Positions 1 to 10,167 of a stretch of DNA of 50,429 bases are shown piece after piece (positions within the stretch are counted from its first letter, which is position 1; each line of letters begins with the position of its first letter). The stretch comes from an uncultured Ornithinimicrobium sp. (GTDB lineage Bacteria; Actinomycetota; Actinomycetes; Actinomycetales; Dermatophilaceae). The stretch covers positions 1 to 50,429 of the forward strand of contig CAYVEH010000001.1 of the NCBI GenBank assembly GCA_964450585.1, read 5' to 3'. Under the pieces are notes generated by a model that saw only the letters and a list, made by a program, of their open reading frames with translations, did not search any database and was not told the DNA's origin. The position numbers and the translations under genes are program-made.

Positions 1-2858
1 GTGGTGTCCAGGCTGGCGTCCAAGTCGGCATAGTCGCTGCGCGCCTGCTCCGCGGAGGCCTCGGCGGCTTCGCCGAGCTCGACCGGGTCAAGGTCCGGGT
101 CACCGGTGCGGGCCTCATCAGCCCGCGCCCCGGCATACGCCGAGTTGCTCATCTCCTCCAACTCCGCCAGTACCCGGGCGTGCTTGTCGACACAGGCGAT
201 CACCAGGTCACCGGGGTTGGCCAGCACCATCGCGTGCCGGACCGCGTCCACCTCCGGCAGCACAGTCTCCACCGTGCGGACCCGTGCCTCACCGGATGCG
301 ATGCACTCCTTGATACCCCGGACCACGTGCCGTGCGCTCTCCCCCCGCTCCCGGCGCCGCGGATTGTCGTCCTCCCGGACCACCAGGGCATCGAAGTAGC
401 GCGCGGCCACGGCCCCCAACTCGGCCAGGTCGTCGTCGCGGCGGTCCCCGGTGCCGCCGATCACGCCGATCCGGCTGATCCGGGCGTTGTCGGTCGCAGC
501 CTCCTTCTGCGCTGCCAGGTTGTCGGTGAACTCGCCGATTGCCCGCATCCCGGCGGGGTTGTGGCAGTAGTCCACGACCACGCTGACGCCCTTGACATCC
601 AGCATGTTGAGGCGCCCCGGGGACAGGTAGTAACTCGTGGTGAAGGTGCGCAGACCCTGCCGGATGTCGTGCAGTGGCACGTCGCAGGCAAACGCCGCCC
701 CAGCAGCCGCCATGGCGTTGGCGATGTTGAACCGGGCAGCCCCACCGAAGGTGCTGGGCAGCAGGTGCGTCCACCCCAGCTGCATCGCGCGACGCCCGTG
801 CCGGATGACGATCATCTCGCCGCGGTCGGTCTTTTCCAGCACCACGGCGCGGCCGCCCCGCCGCAGGCGCGTCTCGATGAACTCCCGCTCTGGGCTGCCC
901 GGCGGTTGCATGGAGAAGTAGACGATGCTCCCGCTGCAGTGGCGTCGCATCTCCCGGACGTTCGGGTCGTCGGCGTTCAGCACCGCGAAACCGTTGCGTG
1001 GCACCGCCTCCACGACCACCCGCTTGACCGCCGCCAACTGCTCGAGGGTGTCGATGCCGCGCATCCCCAGGTGATCGGCGGACACGTTCGTCACCACCGC
1101 GACGTCGTTGCGGTCGTAGCCCAGCCCCTCCCGCAGGATCCCGCCGCGGGCGACCTCCATCACCGCGAAGTCCACCCGCGGGTTCTGCAGCACCATCCGG
1201 GCCGACTTGGGGCCGGAGGCGTCGGCCCGTTTCACCAGGCGCTCATCGATGACGATGCCGTCGGTGGAGGTCATCCCGACGCGGCGGCCCAGTCCCTTCA
1301 TGATGTGCGCCACCATCCGGGAGGTGGTGGTCTTGCCGTTGGTGCCGGTGACCGCGACGATCGGCACCCGCGCCGGTGCCCCCGGAGGAAAGAGCAGGTC
1401 AACGACTGGCTTGGCGATGTACTGCGGTTCACCCACGGTCGGGTTGGTATGCATCCGGAACCCGGGGGCCGCGTTCACCTCGCAGATCGCCCCTCCGGTC
1501 TCCCGCACCGGCGCGGAGATGTCCGGGCAGATGAAGTCGATGCCTGCCACATCCAGGCCGATGAGCCGGGCGGCCTCCTCGGCGATCTCGACGTTCTCCG
1601 GGTGGGCATCAAAAGTGCGGTCCACCGCAATGCCCCCGGTGGACATGTTGCCGGTGAGCGCCAACTTGATCATGGTGCCCTCCGGGGGCACCGAGTCCAT
1701 CTCAAAGCCCTGGTGGCGGACGAGGGCCACGGCCGCGTCGGTGACGGAGATACGGGTCAGCACCTTCTCGTGACCCACTCCTCGGCGTGGGTCCGCGTTG
1801 GTGATCTCCACCAGCTCGGCGACGGTGTGCTCACCATCGCCCATGACGTGCGCCGGGACCCGTTCGGCGATAGCCTGCATCCGACCCCCGACGATCAGGC
1901 AGCGGTAATCGTTGCCGGTGATGAAGGACTCCACCACCATGACGCCGCGTCGGGACTGCGCTGCCGCAACCGGGAAATGGGCTCGCACGTCAGCCTCGGT
2001 GCGCAGGTTGATACCCACCCCGCGACCGTGGTTGCCGTCCAGCGGCTTGACCACCACGGGGTAACCGATCCGGTTGGCCACGGCAACGGCCCCGTCCTCG
2101 GTGCGGACCGTGTCGCTGAGCGGGACGGGCAGCCCGGCGGAGGACAGCAGCGTGTTGGTCAAGGACTTGTCGCCGGCGATATCCACCGCCAGCGCCGAGG
2201 TCTTGGAGGTCATCGTGGCCCGAATCCGCTGCTGGTGCACCCCCTGACCCAGCTGCACCAGGGAGGCGGCGTTGAGCCGGATGAAGGGGATGTCCCGGGC
2301 TGTGGCCTCCTCCAGGATGGCGTTGGTGGAGGGGCCGAACGCCGCACGTTGGGCCAGTCGCAGGAAGTCATCCAGCTCGACCTGGAAGTCGAAGCCCTCA
2401 TCGTGGGCCACGGCCGCGTTCACCATCCGCACCGCGAGCTCTCCGGCAGCCAGGCCGACGCGCTCGTCGATGTAGGAGTAGATCACGTTGTAGTGACCGG
2501 GCTGGCCCTTGACCGCACGGGTCTTGCCGCGGCTCAGGTCGTGCCCGGCCTCGGTCTGCAGTTGCAGGGCGAGGTGCTCGCTGATGTGACCGACCCAGGT
2601 GCCTTCGTGCAAGCGCTCCACGAAGCCACCCGGCTTACCCCGGGAGCAGACGTGGTGGTGCAGCCCCGGCAGCCACGCCAGCAGCTGCTCGGTGAAGCCG
2701 GGCAGCAGGTTGGAGGGGTACTCCTCCAACACGCCGAGGTCGACAACCAGATGGATCGCCTGCTCATAGTTCCAGATGTTCGGCCCGCGGTAGACACGCT
2801 GCTCGACGATCCGCAGGTCCGGGGCGGCCGGAGCGGTGGGATTGTCCGTCTGGGTCAT
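1..2858 (-). CDS. cphA: Cyanophycin synthetase (3' end outside window)
   Basis: Manual translation from ATG 2858 (upstream AGGAGG): MTQTDNPT..RVYRGPNIW..HVCSRGKPGGFVERLHEGTWVGHISEH; ATP-grasp KPLDGNHGRG; Mur-ligase P-loop VTGTNGKTT; no stop before base 1; follows cphB. Confidence 0.95.
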   Translation of the reverse strand, partial: MTQTDNPTAPAAPDLRIVEQRVYRGPNIWNYEQAIHLVVDLGVLEEYPSNLLPGFTEQLLAWLPGLHHHVCSRGKPGGFVERLHEGTWVGHISEHLALQLQTEAGHDLSRGKTRAVKGQPGHYNVIYSYIDERVGLAAGELAVRMVNAAVAHDEGFDFQVELDDFLRLAQRAAFGPSTNAILEEATARDIPFIRLNAASLVQLGQGVHQQRIRATMTSKTSALAVDIAGDKSLTNTLLSSAGLPVPLSDTVRTEDGAVAVANRIGYPVVVKPLDGNHGRGVGINLRTEADVRAHFPVAAAQSRRGVMVVESFITGNDYRCLIVGGRMQAIAERVPAHVMGDGEHTVAELVEITNADPRRGVGHEKVLTRISVTDAAVALVRHQGFEMDSVPPEGTMIKLALTGNMSTGGIAVDRTFDAHPENVEIAEEAARLIGLDVAGIDFICPDISAPVRETGGAICEVNAAPGFRMHTNPTVGEPQYIAKPVVDLLFPPGAPARVPIVAVTGTNGKTTTSRMVAHIMKGLGRRVGMTSTDGIVIDERLVKRADASGPKSARMVLQNPRVDFAVMEVARGGILREGLGYDRNDVAVVTNVSADHLGMRGIDTLEQLAAVKRVVVEAVPRNGFAVLNADDPNVREMRRHCSGSIVYFSMQPPGSPEREFIETRLRRGGRAVVLEKTDRGEMIVIRHGRRAMQLGWTHLLPSTFGGAARFNIANAMAAAGAAFACDVPLHDIRQGLRTFTTSYYLSPGRLNMLDVKGVSVVVDYCHNPAGMRAIGEFTDNLAAQKEAATDNARISRIGVIGGTGDRRDDDLAELGAVAARYFDALVVREDDNPRRRERGESARHVVRGIKECIASGEARVRTVETVLPEVDAVRHAMVLANPGDLVIACVDKHARVLAELEEMSNSAYAGARADEARTGDPDLDPVELGEAAEASAEQARSDYADLDASLDT

Positions 2859-2876
2859 CTGGGCCTCCTGGTCCGG

Positions 2877-3806
2877 TCAGCGGCGCAGCGCAGCGGCTGC
2901 GTTGGCGGTGTCGTGACGATCTGATGGGGAGGTGACCACGGCCACCTCCGAGTGCTGCTCGACGAAGTCGGTGAGCTGGGCGGCCTCCAGGTCGAACTCC
3001 GAACCGTAGGGCAGGGAGTGCACGACCGCCCCCGAGACCATCAGCGGGGCGTCCCGGCGCGCCTCGTGGGCGTCGCTGACCGCAGCCCGGGCGTCCACGA
3101 CATACACCGCTCCGGAGCCCACCACCGTCAGACGGCGCTCGTTGACGATCTCCGCCGCCGTGTCCTCATCGATGCCGACGCCCAGCAGACTGGGTGAGGC
3201 GGCGATGAGAGACAGCAACCGGGCATAGCGGGTGCGCTGCCCGAAGTGCTGGTCCAGGATGACCCCGGGCAGCAGGCCCAACCCGGCGCTGAGCTGGGAC
3301 ACCCGTTGCCGGGGCACCACTCCCTCCTCACCCATCGAGATCATGAACTGGCTCAGCACCGAGGCCCCGGCGGACGTGCCAGAGACCACGGCCCCGCGGT
3401 GATAGGCACGGGTGATGGCGTCATGGACCGGCGTGCCGACGATCAGCTGGCTGAGCTTGAGCTGGTTGCCTCCGGTGAGGAAGACGCCGGTGGCGTGGTC
3501 GATCGCCTCGGCCAGCTCTGCCCGGCCGGCCTCCTGGCGGGTCTGTGGGTTGACCACCTGGACGTCGGTGACGTGCTGGCGGGCGAAGACCGACTGGTAG
3601 ACCTCGAAGGCCTCCTCGGCCATCGAGGAGGCGCTCGGGATGACCACGATCCGGGCATCCCGCCCGCCGGCGAGGTGGACGAACCGCTTGAGGACGATGA
3701 CCCGCCGGCGCTTGTCCTCGGCGCCGCCGATCACCAGGAGGGTGCGTGGGGGCTCCTCGGTCTCGGAATCGACCGGGTCGGACACGGAGACCATGTGCGT
3801 CGACAT
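2877..3806 (-). CDS. cphB: Cyanophycinase (peptidase S51)
   Basis: IGGAEDK, TGGNQ, GTSAGA nucleophile, DQHF, GIDEDTA motifs; adjacent to cphA; -10 TAGGGT 6 nt before ATG. Confidence 0.93.
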   Translation of the reverse strand: MSTHMVSVSDPVDSETEEPPRTLLVIGGAEDKRRRVIVLKRFVHLAGGRDARIVVIPSASSMAEEAFEVYQSVFARQHVTDVQVVNPQTRQEAGRAELAEAIDHATGVFLTGGNQLKLSQLIVGTPVHDAITRAYHRGAVVSGTSAGASVLSQFMISMGEEGVVPRQRVSQLSAGLGLLPGVILDQHFGQRTRYARLLSLIAASPSLLGVGIDEDTAAEIVNERRLTVVGSGAVYVVDARAAVSDAHEARRDAPLMVSGAVVHSLPYGSEFDLEAAQLTDFVEQHSEVAVVTSPSDRHDTANAAAALRR

Positions 3807-3889
3807 GGATGCACCCTAATCCGTGGCCGGACCCGAGTCCGGCACCCCAGGCCGGCGGGGGCCGGCGACTGCGGAGCGCCGGGCCGGCC

Positions 3890-5143
3890 TCACTTGCGGA
3901 TCACCGTGCCCTTGCCGACGACGACCAGACCGCTCTCGGTCACCGTGAAGCCGCGGGCCCGGTCCTCGTCGTGGTCCACGCCGATACTCACGCCGGCTGG
4001 CACGGCCACCTCCTTGTCGATGATCGCGCGGTGGATCTGAGAGCCACGGGCGATGTCGACCCCGTCCAGCAGGACCGACTCGGAGACGTTGCTGAAGCTG
4101 TGCACGTGCACCTTCGGGGAGACCACCGAGTCGGCCACGGTGGCCCCGGAGATCACCGCGCCGGGGGAGACCATGGAGCCCAGGGCCTGCCCCAACCGGT
4201 CGTGGGAGCCATGGACGAACTTGGCCGGAGGATGGTTGCCGTAGCTGGTGTAGATGGGCCAGTGCTCGTTGTACAGATTGAAGATGGGGTGGACGGAGAC
4301 CAGATCCATCTGGGCCTCGTAGTAGGAGTCGATGGTCCCCACATCGCGCCAGTAGGCCGTGTCCCGGTCGGTGGCTCCGGGGATGTCGTTGTCCTTGAAG
4401 TCGTAGACATACCCCTCACCCCGCTCCACGAACGCCGGCACGATGTCCCCGCCCATGTCGTGATGAGAGTCCTCGCGGGTGGCGTCATCGCGCACGGCCT
4501 GCTCGAGCACGTCGGCGTCGAAGACGTAGTTGCCCATCGAGGCCAGTACCTCGCCGGGGGCGTCCGGCAACGGCTTGGGGTTCTGCGGCTTCTCCAGGAA
4601 GTCGGCGATGCGACGGGGGTTGTCGTCGTCGACCTCGATCACCCCGAACTGAGACGCCAGGCTCAGCGGCTGCCGGATCGCGGCGACGGTGACCCCGGCC
4701 TGGGTCTCTACGTGCTGCTCGATCATCTGCGCGAAGTCCATCCGGTACACGTGATCGGCACCGACCACCGCGATGATGTCCGGCTTCTCGTCGTGCACCA
4801 GGTTCAGGCTCTGGTAGATCGCATCGGCACTGCCGGAGAACCAGTGCTTGCCCATCCGCTGCTGGGCGGGCACGGTGGCCACATAGTTGCCCAGCAGCGT
4901 CGACATCCGCCAGGTGCGGGTGACGTGGGCATCCAGGGAGTGCGACTTGTACTGGGTCAGCACCACGATCTTCAGGCACCCGGAGTTCACCAGGTTGGAC
5001 AGGGCGAAATCGATCAGGCGGTAGATGCCCCCGAAGGGCACCGCCGGTTTGGCCCGATCAGCGGTCAACGGCATGAGCCGCTTGCCCTCGCCACCGGCGA
5101 GCACGATCGCGAGGACCTTACGTCTTCCCATGAGCGCACTCAT
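3890..5143 (-). CDS. glgC: Glucose-1-phosphate adenylyltransferase
   Basis: [52 protein letters not shown]; C-terminal beta-helix repeats. Confidence 0.97.
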   Translation of the reverse strand: MSALMGRRKVLAIVLAGGEGKRLMPLTADRAKPAVPFGGIYRLIDFALSNLVNSGCLKIVVLTQYKSHSLDAHVTRTWRMSTLLGNYVATVPAQQRMGKHWFSGSADAIYQSLNLVHDEKPDIIAVVGADHVYRMDFAQMIEQHVETQAGVTVAAIRQPLSLASQFGVIEVDDDNPRRIADFLEKPQNPKPLPDAPGEVLASMGNYVFDADVLEQAVRDDATREDSHHDMGGDIVPAFVERGEGYVYDFKDNDIPGATDRDTAYWRDVGTIDSYYEAQMDLVSVHPIFNLYNEHWPIYTSYGNHPPAKFVHGSHDRLGQALGSMVSPGAVISGATVADSVVSPKVHVHSFSNVSESVLLDGVDIARGSQIHRAIIDKEVAVPAGVSIGVDHDEDRARGFTVTESGLVVVGKGTVIRK

Positions 5144-5197
5144 AGGGACAACCTATTGCTCCGGGCACAATCGGTCGACAGGGGCTAGCGTGAGTGC

Positions 5198-6424
5198 GTG
5201 CGCATCGAGATCCTGACCCGTGAGTATCCGCCCAATGTCTACGGAGGCGCCGGGGTGCACGTGGCCGAGCTGAGTCGGGCGCTGCGCGAGGTGCCCGAGC
5301 TGACGGTGACCGTGCGGGCCTTCGATGACCCGGTCCAGGAACCGGACACCGTCGGCTACCCCACGCCGGCGAACCTGGTGACGGCCAACCCGGCGCTGCG
5401 CACCCTCGGGGTCGATGTGGCGATGGCCTCCGACGTCGCTGCCAGCGGAGCCGACCTGGTCCACTCCCACACCTGGTACGCGAACCTGGGCGGCTACCTG
5501 GCCAGCCTAGTGGCCGGCATACCGCACGTGATCTCGGCGCACAGCCTGGAGCCGATGCGCCCGTGGAAGGCTGAGCAGCTCGGCGGCGGCTACCGGGTCA
5601 GTTCCTGGGCCGAGAAGACCGCCTATGAGGCGGCCCACGGGGTGATCGCCGTATCTGCGGGGATGCGGCAGGACATCCTGCGCAGCTATCCCGGGATCGA
5701 CCCGGACCGGGTGCACGTGGTCCACAACGGGATCGACTCCCAGCTGTGGCAGCCCGACACCTCCCCGGAGGCCCAGGCGCGGGTGCGGGCTCTGGGCATC
5801 GACCCGCACCGTCCTGCCGTGGTGTTCGTGGGGCGGATCACCCGGCAGAAGGGGCTGCCGTACCTGCTGCGGGCCCTGGCTGACCTGCCACCGGAGGTGC
5901 AGGTGGTGCTGCTGGCCGGGGCGCCCGACACGGCCGAGATCAGGGACGAGGTGGTGGGCCTGATCGACACCCTGCGGCACACCAGACCGGAGCCGGACAC
6001 AGTGATCTGGGCCGAGGACATGCTGCCGCGTGCGCAGGTCGTCGCGGTGCTCTCCCACGCCAGTGTGTTCGTGTGCCCCTCCGTCTATGAGCCGCTGGGC
6101 ATCGTCAACCTGGAGGCGATGGCCTGTGGCGCCCCGGTCGTCGCCACCGCCACCGGCGGCATCCCGGAGGTGGTGGTCGATGGCGAGACCGGCTGGTTGG
6201 TCCCCATCGAGCAGGTCGCCGACGGCACGGGCACTCCGGTGGAGCCGGAGCGGTTCGTCTCCGACCTCTCCGCAGCCATCCGGGCCGCCCTGGCCGACCC
6301 GGAGGATGCCGCGCGTCGCGGGGCCGCCGGGCGCGTCCGGGCGGTGGAGCACTTCAGTTGGACGACGATCGCCGAGCGCACCCTGGAGGTGTACCGCACG
6401 CTCCTGCGGAGCACCACGGGCTAG
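5198..6424 (+). CDS. glgM: Actinobacterial GlgA/GlgM (alpha-maltose-1-phosphate synthase, GT4)
   Basis: TREYPPNVYGGAGVH, HSHTWY, HSLEPMRPWKAEQLGGGY, GRITRQKG, EPLGIVNLEAMAC; divergent from glgC. Confidence 0.93.
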   Translation: MRIEILTREYPPNVYGGAGVHVAELSRALREVPELTVTVRAFDDPVQEPDTVGYPTPANLVTANPALRTLGVDVAMASDVAASGADLVHSHTWYANLGGYLASLVAGIPHVISAHSLEPMRPWKAEQLGGGYRVSSWAEKTAYEAAHGVIAVSAGMRQDILRSYPGIDPDRVHVVHNGIDSQLWQPDTSPEAQARVRALGIDPHRPAVVFVGRITRQKGLPYLLRALADLPPEVQVVLLAGAPDTAEIRDEVVGLIDTLRHTRPEPDTVIWAEDMLPRAQVVAVLSHASVFVCPSVYEPLGIVNLEAMACGAPVVATATGGIPEVVVDGETGWLVPIEQVADGTGTPVEPERFVSDLSAAIRAALADPEDAARRGAAGRVRAVEHFSWTTIAERTLEVYRTLLRSTTG

Positions 6425-7170
6425 CGCCAGCCTGCCAGGTGCAACGCACCGACGTTGGTCGCGGCCACCAGGGCCCGGGCGGCGACCGCGTGCAACTCGC
6501 GCAGGATCTGCTCGCGCTGCAGGGTGGAGCTGGAGTCGACGCTGTGCAGCCGGTGGTCCAGCCCGGCCTCGGCCAGACCGGTGATCGCCCCGGCCAGTTC
6601 GATCACCCGCAGGGACCGTGCCGGCAGTCCCGCGGGCAGGCCCCAGGCCTCATCCAGCCGTCCGCGGACCGCGTCCTCCAGCCCGTGGCCACTCAACGGG
6701 CGTCCCGGTGCGCTATCCAGCTGTGCGGTGAGCGCCCCGATCTCACGGCGCAGCTGCAGCTCCACGTCGGGCAGGGACAGCTGCTGCACCACGTGCTGGG
6801 GGACCGGATCGGAGTCATAGGCGGTCCAGCGCGCCTCCCACCCCTGGTCACCGTGCGGGCCGAAGGGGCCGATCTGGGGGACCAGGGCACCACCCAGCCC
6901 GGTGACGTAGACCAGCTCCTCGGCTGCCGTCGCCGCCGAGACCAGGTCAGCTGGGCCACGCGGCATACTGGTCAGGTCACCGGAGCGGGGCAGGGCCACC
7001 AGCACCAGCCGCTCGCCCAGGTCGCGCCACAGGGTCAACTGCGGGACCAGACCGTCGATGTGGTCCAGGTCCGGCATCGCGCAGGCCGGGACGTCCCCGA
7101 CCTCGATGCGGCCGGCCAGGGCGGCGGTGCCCCACAACGCGACACGCACACTTGCCGGCAGGTCTGCCAT
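6421..7170 (-). CDS. Hypothetical protein
   Basis: MADLPASVRVALW.. part of ORF 6421..7578; -10 TACCAT 6 nt before ATG 7170; longer start would overlap the ABC gene. Confidence 0.75.
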   Translation of the reverse strand: MADLPASVRVALWGTAALAGRIEVGDVPACAMPDLDHIDGLVPQLTLWRDLGERLVLVALPRSGDLTSMPRGPADLVSAATAAEELVYVTGLGGALVPQIGPFGPHGDQGWEARWTAYDSDPVPQHVVQQLSLPDVELQLRREIGALTAQLDSAPGRPLSGHGLEDAVRGRLDEAWGLPAGLPARSLRVIELAGAITGLAEAGLDHRLHSVDSSSTLQREQILRELHAVAARALVAATNVGALHLAGWR

Positions 7171-7213
7171 GCGGTGATGGTACGCACCCGTCGGCGAACT
7201 AACCTTGCTCGAC

Positions 7214-7996
7214 ATGAGCGACGTCCTCGAATTCGCCGGTGTCGGCGTGCGCCGCGGTGCCACCACGCTCCTGCACGACATCGACTGGTCGGTGGAGGAG
7301 GGAGAGCGCTGGGTGGTCATCGGGCCCAACGGTGCCGGCAAGACCACGCTGCTGCAGATCGCCGCCGCCCGGATCCATCCCACGACCGGAGTCGCCGGCA
7401 TCCTGGGCGAGGTGCTCGGCACCGTCGACGTGTTCGACCTGCGGCCACGGATCGGCTTGGCCAGTGCCGCTCTCGCCGACCGGATCCCGCAGGACGAACG
7501 GGTCCGTGACGTGGTGGTGACCGCCTCCTGGGGGGTGACCGGCCGCTGGCGGGAGGAGTACGACGACATGGACACCACCCGCGCCGACGAGCTGCTGGTC
7601 GCCCTGGGGGTCGATCACCTGGCCGGGCGCCGGTTCGCCACGCTGAGCGAGGGGGAGCGCAAGCGGGTGCAGATCGCCCGAGCGCTGATGACCGACCCGG
7701 AGCTGATGCTGCTGGACGAGCCCGCGGCCGGGCTGGACCTACGCGGCCGGGAGGACCTGGTCGGCCGGCTGCGGCTGCTCGCCGAGGACCTCACCTCCCC
7801 GGCGATGGTGCTGGTCACCCACCATGTGGAGGAGATCCCGCCGGGGTTCACCGACATCCTGATGCTGCGGGAGGGTGCGGTCGTGGCGGCCGGGCCGATC
7901 GCCACCACGCTGACCGGGGCGAACCTCTCGGCCACCTTTGGGCTTCCACTGTTGGTGGAGAAGCACGGCGAGCGCTGGTCTGCGCGCGCCCGGTGA
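7214..7996 (+). CDS. ABC transporter ATP-binding protein (ModF-like)
   Basis: Walker A GPNGAGKT, signature LSEGE, Walker B LLLDEP-like MLLDEP, H-loop VTHH. Confidence 0.9.
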   Translation: MSDVLEFAGVGVRRGATTLLHDIDWSVEEGERWVVIGPNGAGKTTLLQIAAARIHPTTGVAGILGEVLGTVDVFDLRPRIGLASAALADRIPQDERVRDVVVTASWGVTGRWREEYDDMDTTRADELLVALGVDHLAGRRFATLSEGERKRVQIARALMTDPELMLLDEPAAGLDLRGREDLVGRLRLLAEDLTSPAMVLVTHHVEEIPPGFTDILMLREGAVVAAGPIATTLTGANLSATFGLPLLVEKHGERWSARAR

Positions 7997-8754
7997 GTGG
8001 TGTCGAGATTGCCGCGATCATCCTGGCGGGGATGTGGGCGGGTGCCATCAATACGGTGGTCGGCTCCGGGACGCTGGTGACGTTCCCGACGTTGCTGTTC
8101 TTCGGTTATCCCGCCGTCTCGGCCAACATCTCCAACAGCCTGGGTCTGGTCGCCGGTGGGCTTACCGGGGCGTGGGGGTACCGCCGGGAGATCCGCCCGC
8201 TGCGTCGGTTGCTCATCCGGGTGGCCCCGGCTTCCTTCCTCGGGGCGGTGATCGGTGCCCTGCTGCTGTTGGTGCTGCCGGAGTCCGCGTTCGAGGCGAT
8301 CGTCCCCGCGCTGATCGCCCTGGCGCTGGTGCTGGTCGTGCTAGGGCCGCGGATCAACGCCTGGGCCGCAGCCCAGCAGGTGCACACGATCACCGGCGGC
8401 CGCCTGGTGACCCTGCTGGTCGGGGTCCTGTTCGCCGGCATGTACGGCGGCTACTTCGGCGCCGCCCAGGGGGTGCTGCTCATCGGCCTGATGAGCGTGC
8501 TGTTGCCGCATGGTCTGCAGGAGATCAACGGCGCCAAGAACGTGCTGGGGCTCATCGTCAACTTCACCGCAGCCCTGGTCTTCCTCATCGTCGACCCGTC
8601 CCAGGTGAACTGGGTCATCGTGGCGTTGATCGCCAGCGGCTCCTTCGTCGGCGGGCTGATCGGGGCCCGCATCGGGCGGCTGATGGCCCCGTGGGTGCTG
8701 CGGGCGACCATCGTGGCCATCGGCCTCATCGCGATCGTGGTGCTGCTGGTATGA
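7993..8754 (+). CDS. TauE/SafE family membrane protein
   Basis: Hydrophobic; AGAINTVVGSGTLVTFP and YGGYFGAAQG motifs; 4-bp overlap with upstream gene. Confidence 0.85.
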   Translation: MSGVEIAAIILAGMWAGAINTVVGSGTLVTFPTLLFFGYPAVSANISNSLGLVAGGLTGAWGYRREIRPLRRLLIRVAPASFLGAVIGALLLLVLPESAFEAIVPALIALALVLVVLGPRINAWAAAQQVHTITGGRLVTLLVGVLFAGMYGGYFGAAQGVLLIGLMSVLLPHGLQEINGAKNVLGLIVNFTAALVFLIVDPSQVNWVIVALIASGSFVGGLIGARIGRLMAPWVLRATIVAIGLIAIVVLLV

Positions 8755-9581
8755 CGACCACCCCCTGGCCGGCGGGCCTCACCTTCGTCGATCGTGCCGA
8801 TGACGAGCGGGTCCGGGACTATGTCGGCCTCACCGACGTGGCCCTGCGCCGCCGGCTGGAGCCCGAGCACGGGCTGTACCTGGCCGAGTCCGAGAAGGTC
8901 ATCAACCGTGCCCTGGCGGCCGGCCACCAGTTCCGCTCCCTGCTGCTCACGCCCCGGTGGGTGCGCGACCTGGCCCACCTGGTCGACCGGGCCCTGGCCG
9001 AGGGGGCCCCGGTCTTCGTGATGGACCCCGCGGTCGCGCAGCAGATGACCGGGTTTCACCTGCACCGCGGGGCGATCGCGGCGATGCATCGGCCGGCACT
9101 GCCCACCATGAGCGAGGTGCTGCACGGCGCCCGCCGGGTGGCGGTGCTGGAGGACACCGTCGACCACACGAATGTCGGCGCGTGCTTCCGGTCCGCGGCG
9201 GCCATGGGTGTGGATGCCATGCTGGTGACGCCGCGCTGCGCGGACCCGTTCTACCGCCGGGCGATCCGCGTGTCGATGGGCACGGTCTTCCAGATCCCGT
9301 GGACCCGGATCGACCCGTGGCCCGGCGGGATCGGCCTGCTGCAGCAAGCCGGTTATGTCGTGGCCGGGATGACCCTGGCCGAGGACGCCGCCAGCCTCGA
9401 CGAGCTCGCGGCCCGAAATGTGTCGAGGCTGGCGCTGGTGTTCGGCACCGAGGGGGCCGGGTTGTCCGCACCGGCGGCGCAGGGGGTGGATCTGCGGGTC
9501 ACCATCCCGATGATGGGCGGTGTCGACTCCCTCAACGTGGCGGCGGCCTCGGCGGTGGCGTTCTACGCCACCCGGACCTGA
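8751..9581 (+). CDS. TrmH/SpoU family RNA methyltransferase
   Basis: DHTNVGACFRSAAAMG, FGTEGAGLS, IPMMGGVDSLNVAAA SPOUT motifs; ATGA overlap start. Confidence 0.9.
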   Translation: MTTTPWPAGLTFVDRADDERVRDYVGLTDVALRRRLEPEHGLYLAESEKVINRALAAGHQFRSLLLTPRWVRDLAHLVDRALAEGAPVFVMDPAVAQQMTGFHLHRGAIAAMHRPALPTMSEVLHGARRVAVLEDTVDHTNVGACFRSAAAMGVDAMLVTPRCADPFYRRAIRVSMGTVFQIPWTRIDPWPGGIGLLQQAGYVVAGMTLAEDAASLDELAARNVSRLALVFGTEGAGLSAPAAQGVDLRVTIPMMGGVDSLNVAAASAVAFYATRT

Positions 9582-9599
9582 GGGCCGGTCCCGGCCCGC

Positions 9600-10115
9600 T
9601 CAGCGACCCGTCGGGCTCGCGGTCACCGGCGGCTGGTCCGACCACGGGAAGACGATCCAGTCATCGGTGTGCTTCCACACGAAGTCCGGCTCGACGATCG
9701 TGGTGGACTTGGCATAGAGCACCGCGCTGCGGGTGTCGGCTCCGTGGGAGCGCAGCAGGTCGAGCACCAGGGCCAGGGTCCTGCCGGAGTCGGCGACATC
9801 GTCCACCACCAGCAGCCGGCGCCCCTGAATGGAGTCGGTGTCCAGCATCGGCGCCAGCAGCACCGGGTCCGGCAGCGTCTGGTGCACGTCGGTGTAGAAC
9901 TCCACGTTGATCGCGTCGGAGAGCTTGAGTCCCAGCGCGTACGACAGGGCACCACCGGGCAGCAGACCTCCCCGGGCCACCGCGATGATGATCTCCGGGT
10001 CGAAATCGGAGTCGGCCACCGCCTGGGCCTGTTCCCGGCTGGCTCGGCCGAACATCTCCCAGGTGAGAACTTCCTTGTCGGTCAGGTCCGTGGAGTCCGC
10101 GTGGTATGCCGTCAC
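9600..10115 (-). CDS. Phosphoribosyltransferase
   Basis: VARGGL and PRPP loop LVVDDVADSGRTL; WIVFPW terminus. Confidence 0.88.
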   Translation of the reverse strand: MTAYHADSTDLTDKEVLTWEMFGRASREQAQAVADSDFDPEIIIAVARGGLLPGGALSYALGLKLSDAINVEFYTDVHQTLPDPVLLAPMLDTDSIQGRRLLVVDDVADSGRTLALVLDLLRSHGADTRSAVLYAKSTTIVEPDFVWKHTDDWIVFPWSDQPPVTASPTGR

Positions 10116-10133
10116 CCAGGTGAGGCTACCGCG

Positions 10134-10167
10134 CCCGGCTCAGCGGGCCACCCGGCTCAGCGGGCCA
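10134..10167. repeat. Perfect 17-bp tandem duplication
   Basis: CCCGGCTCAGCGGGCCA at 10134-10150 and 10151-10167, spanning the YbaK stop codon. Confidence 0.9.

Noticed and set aside
180-2924. 914-aa plus-strand ORF
   Set aside because: Antisense shadow of cphA; His/Gly/Val-rich translation with no motifs, typical of high-GC reverse frames
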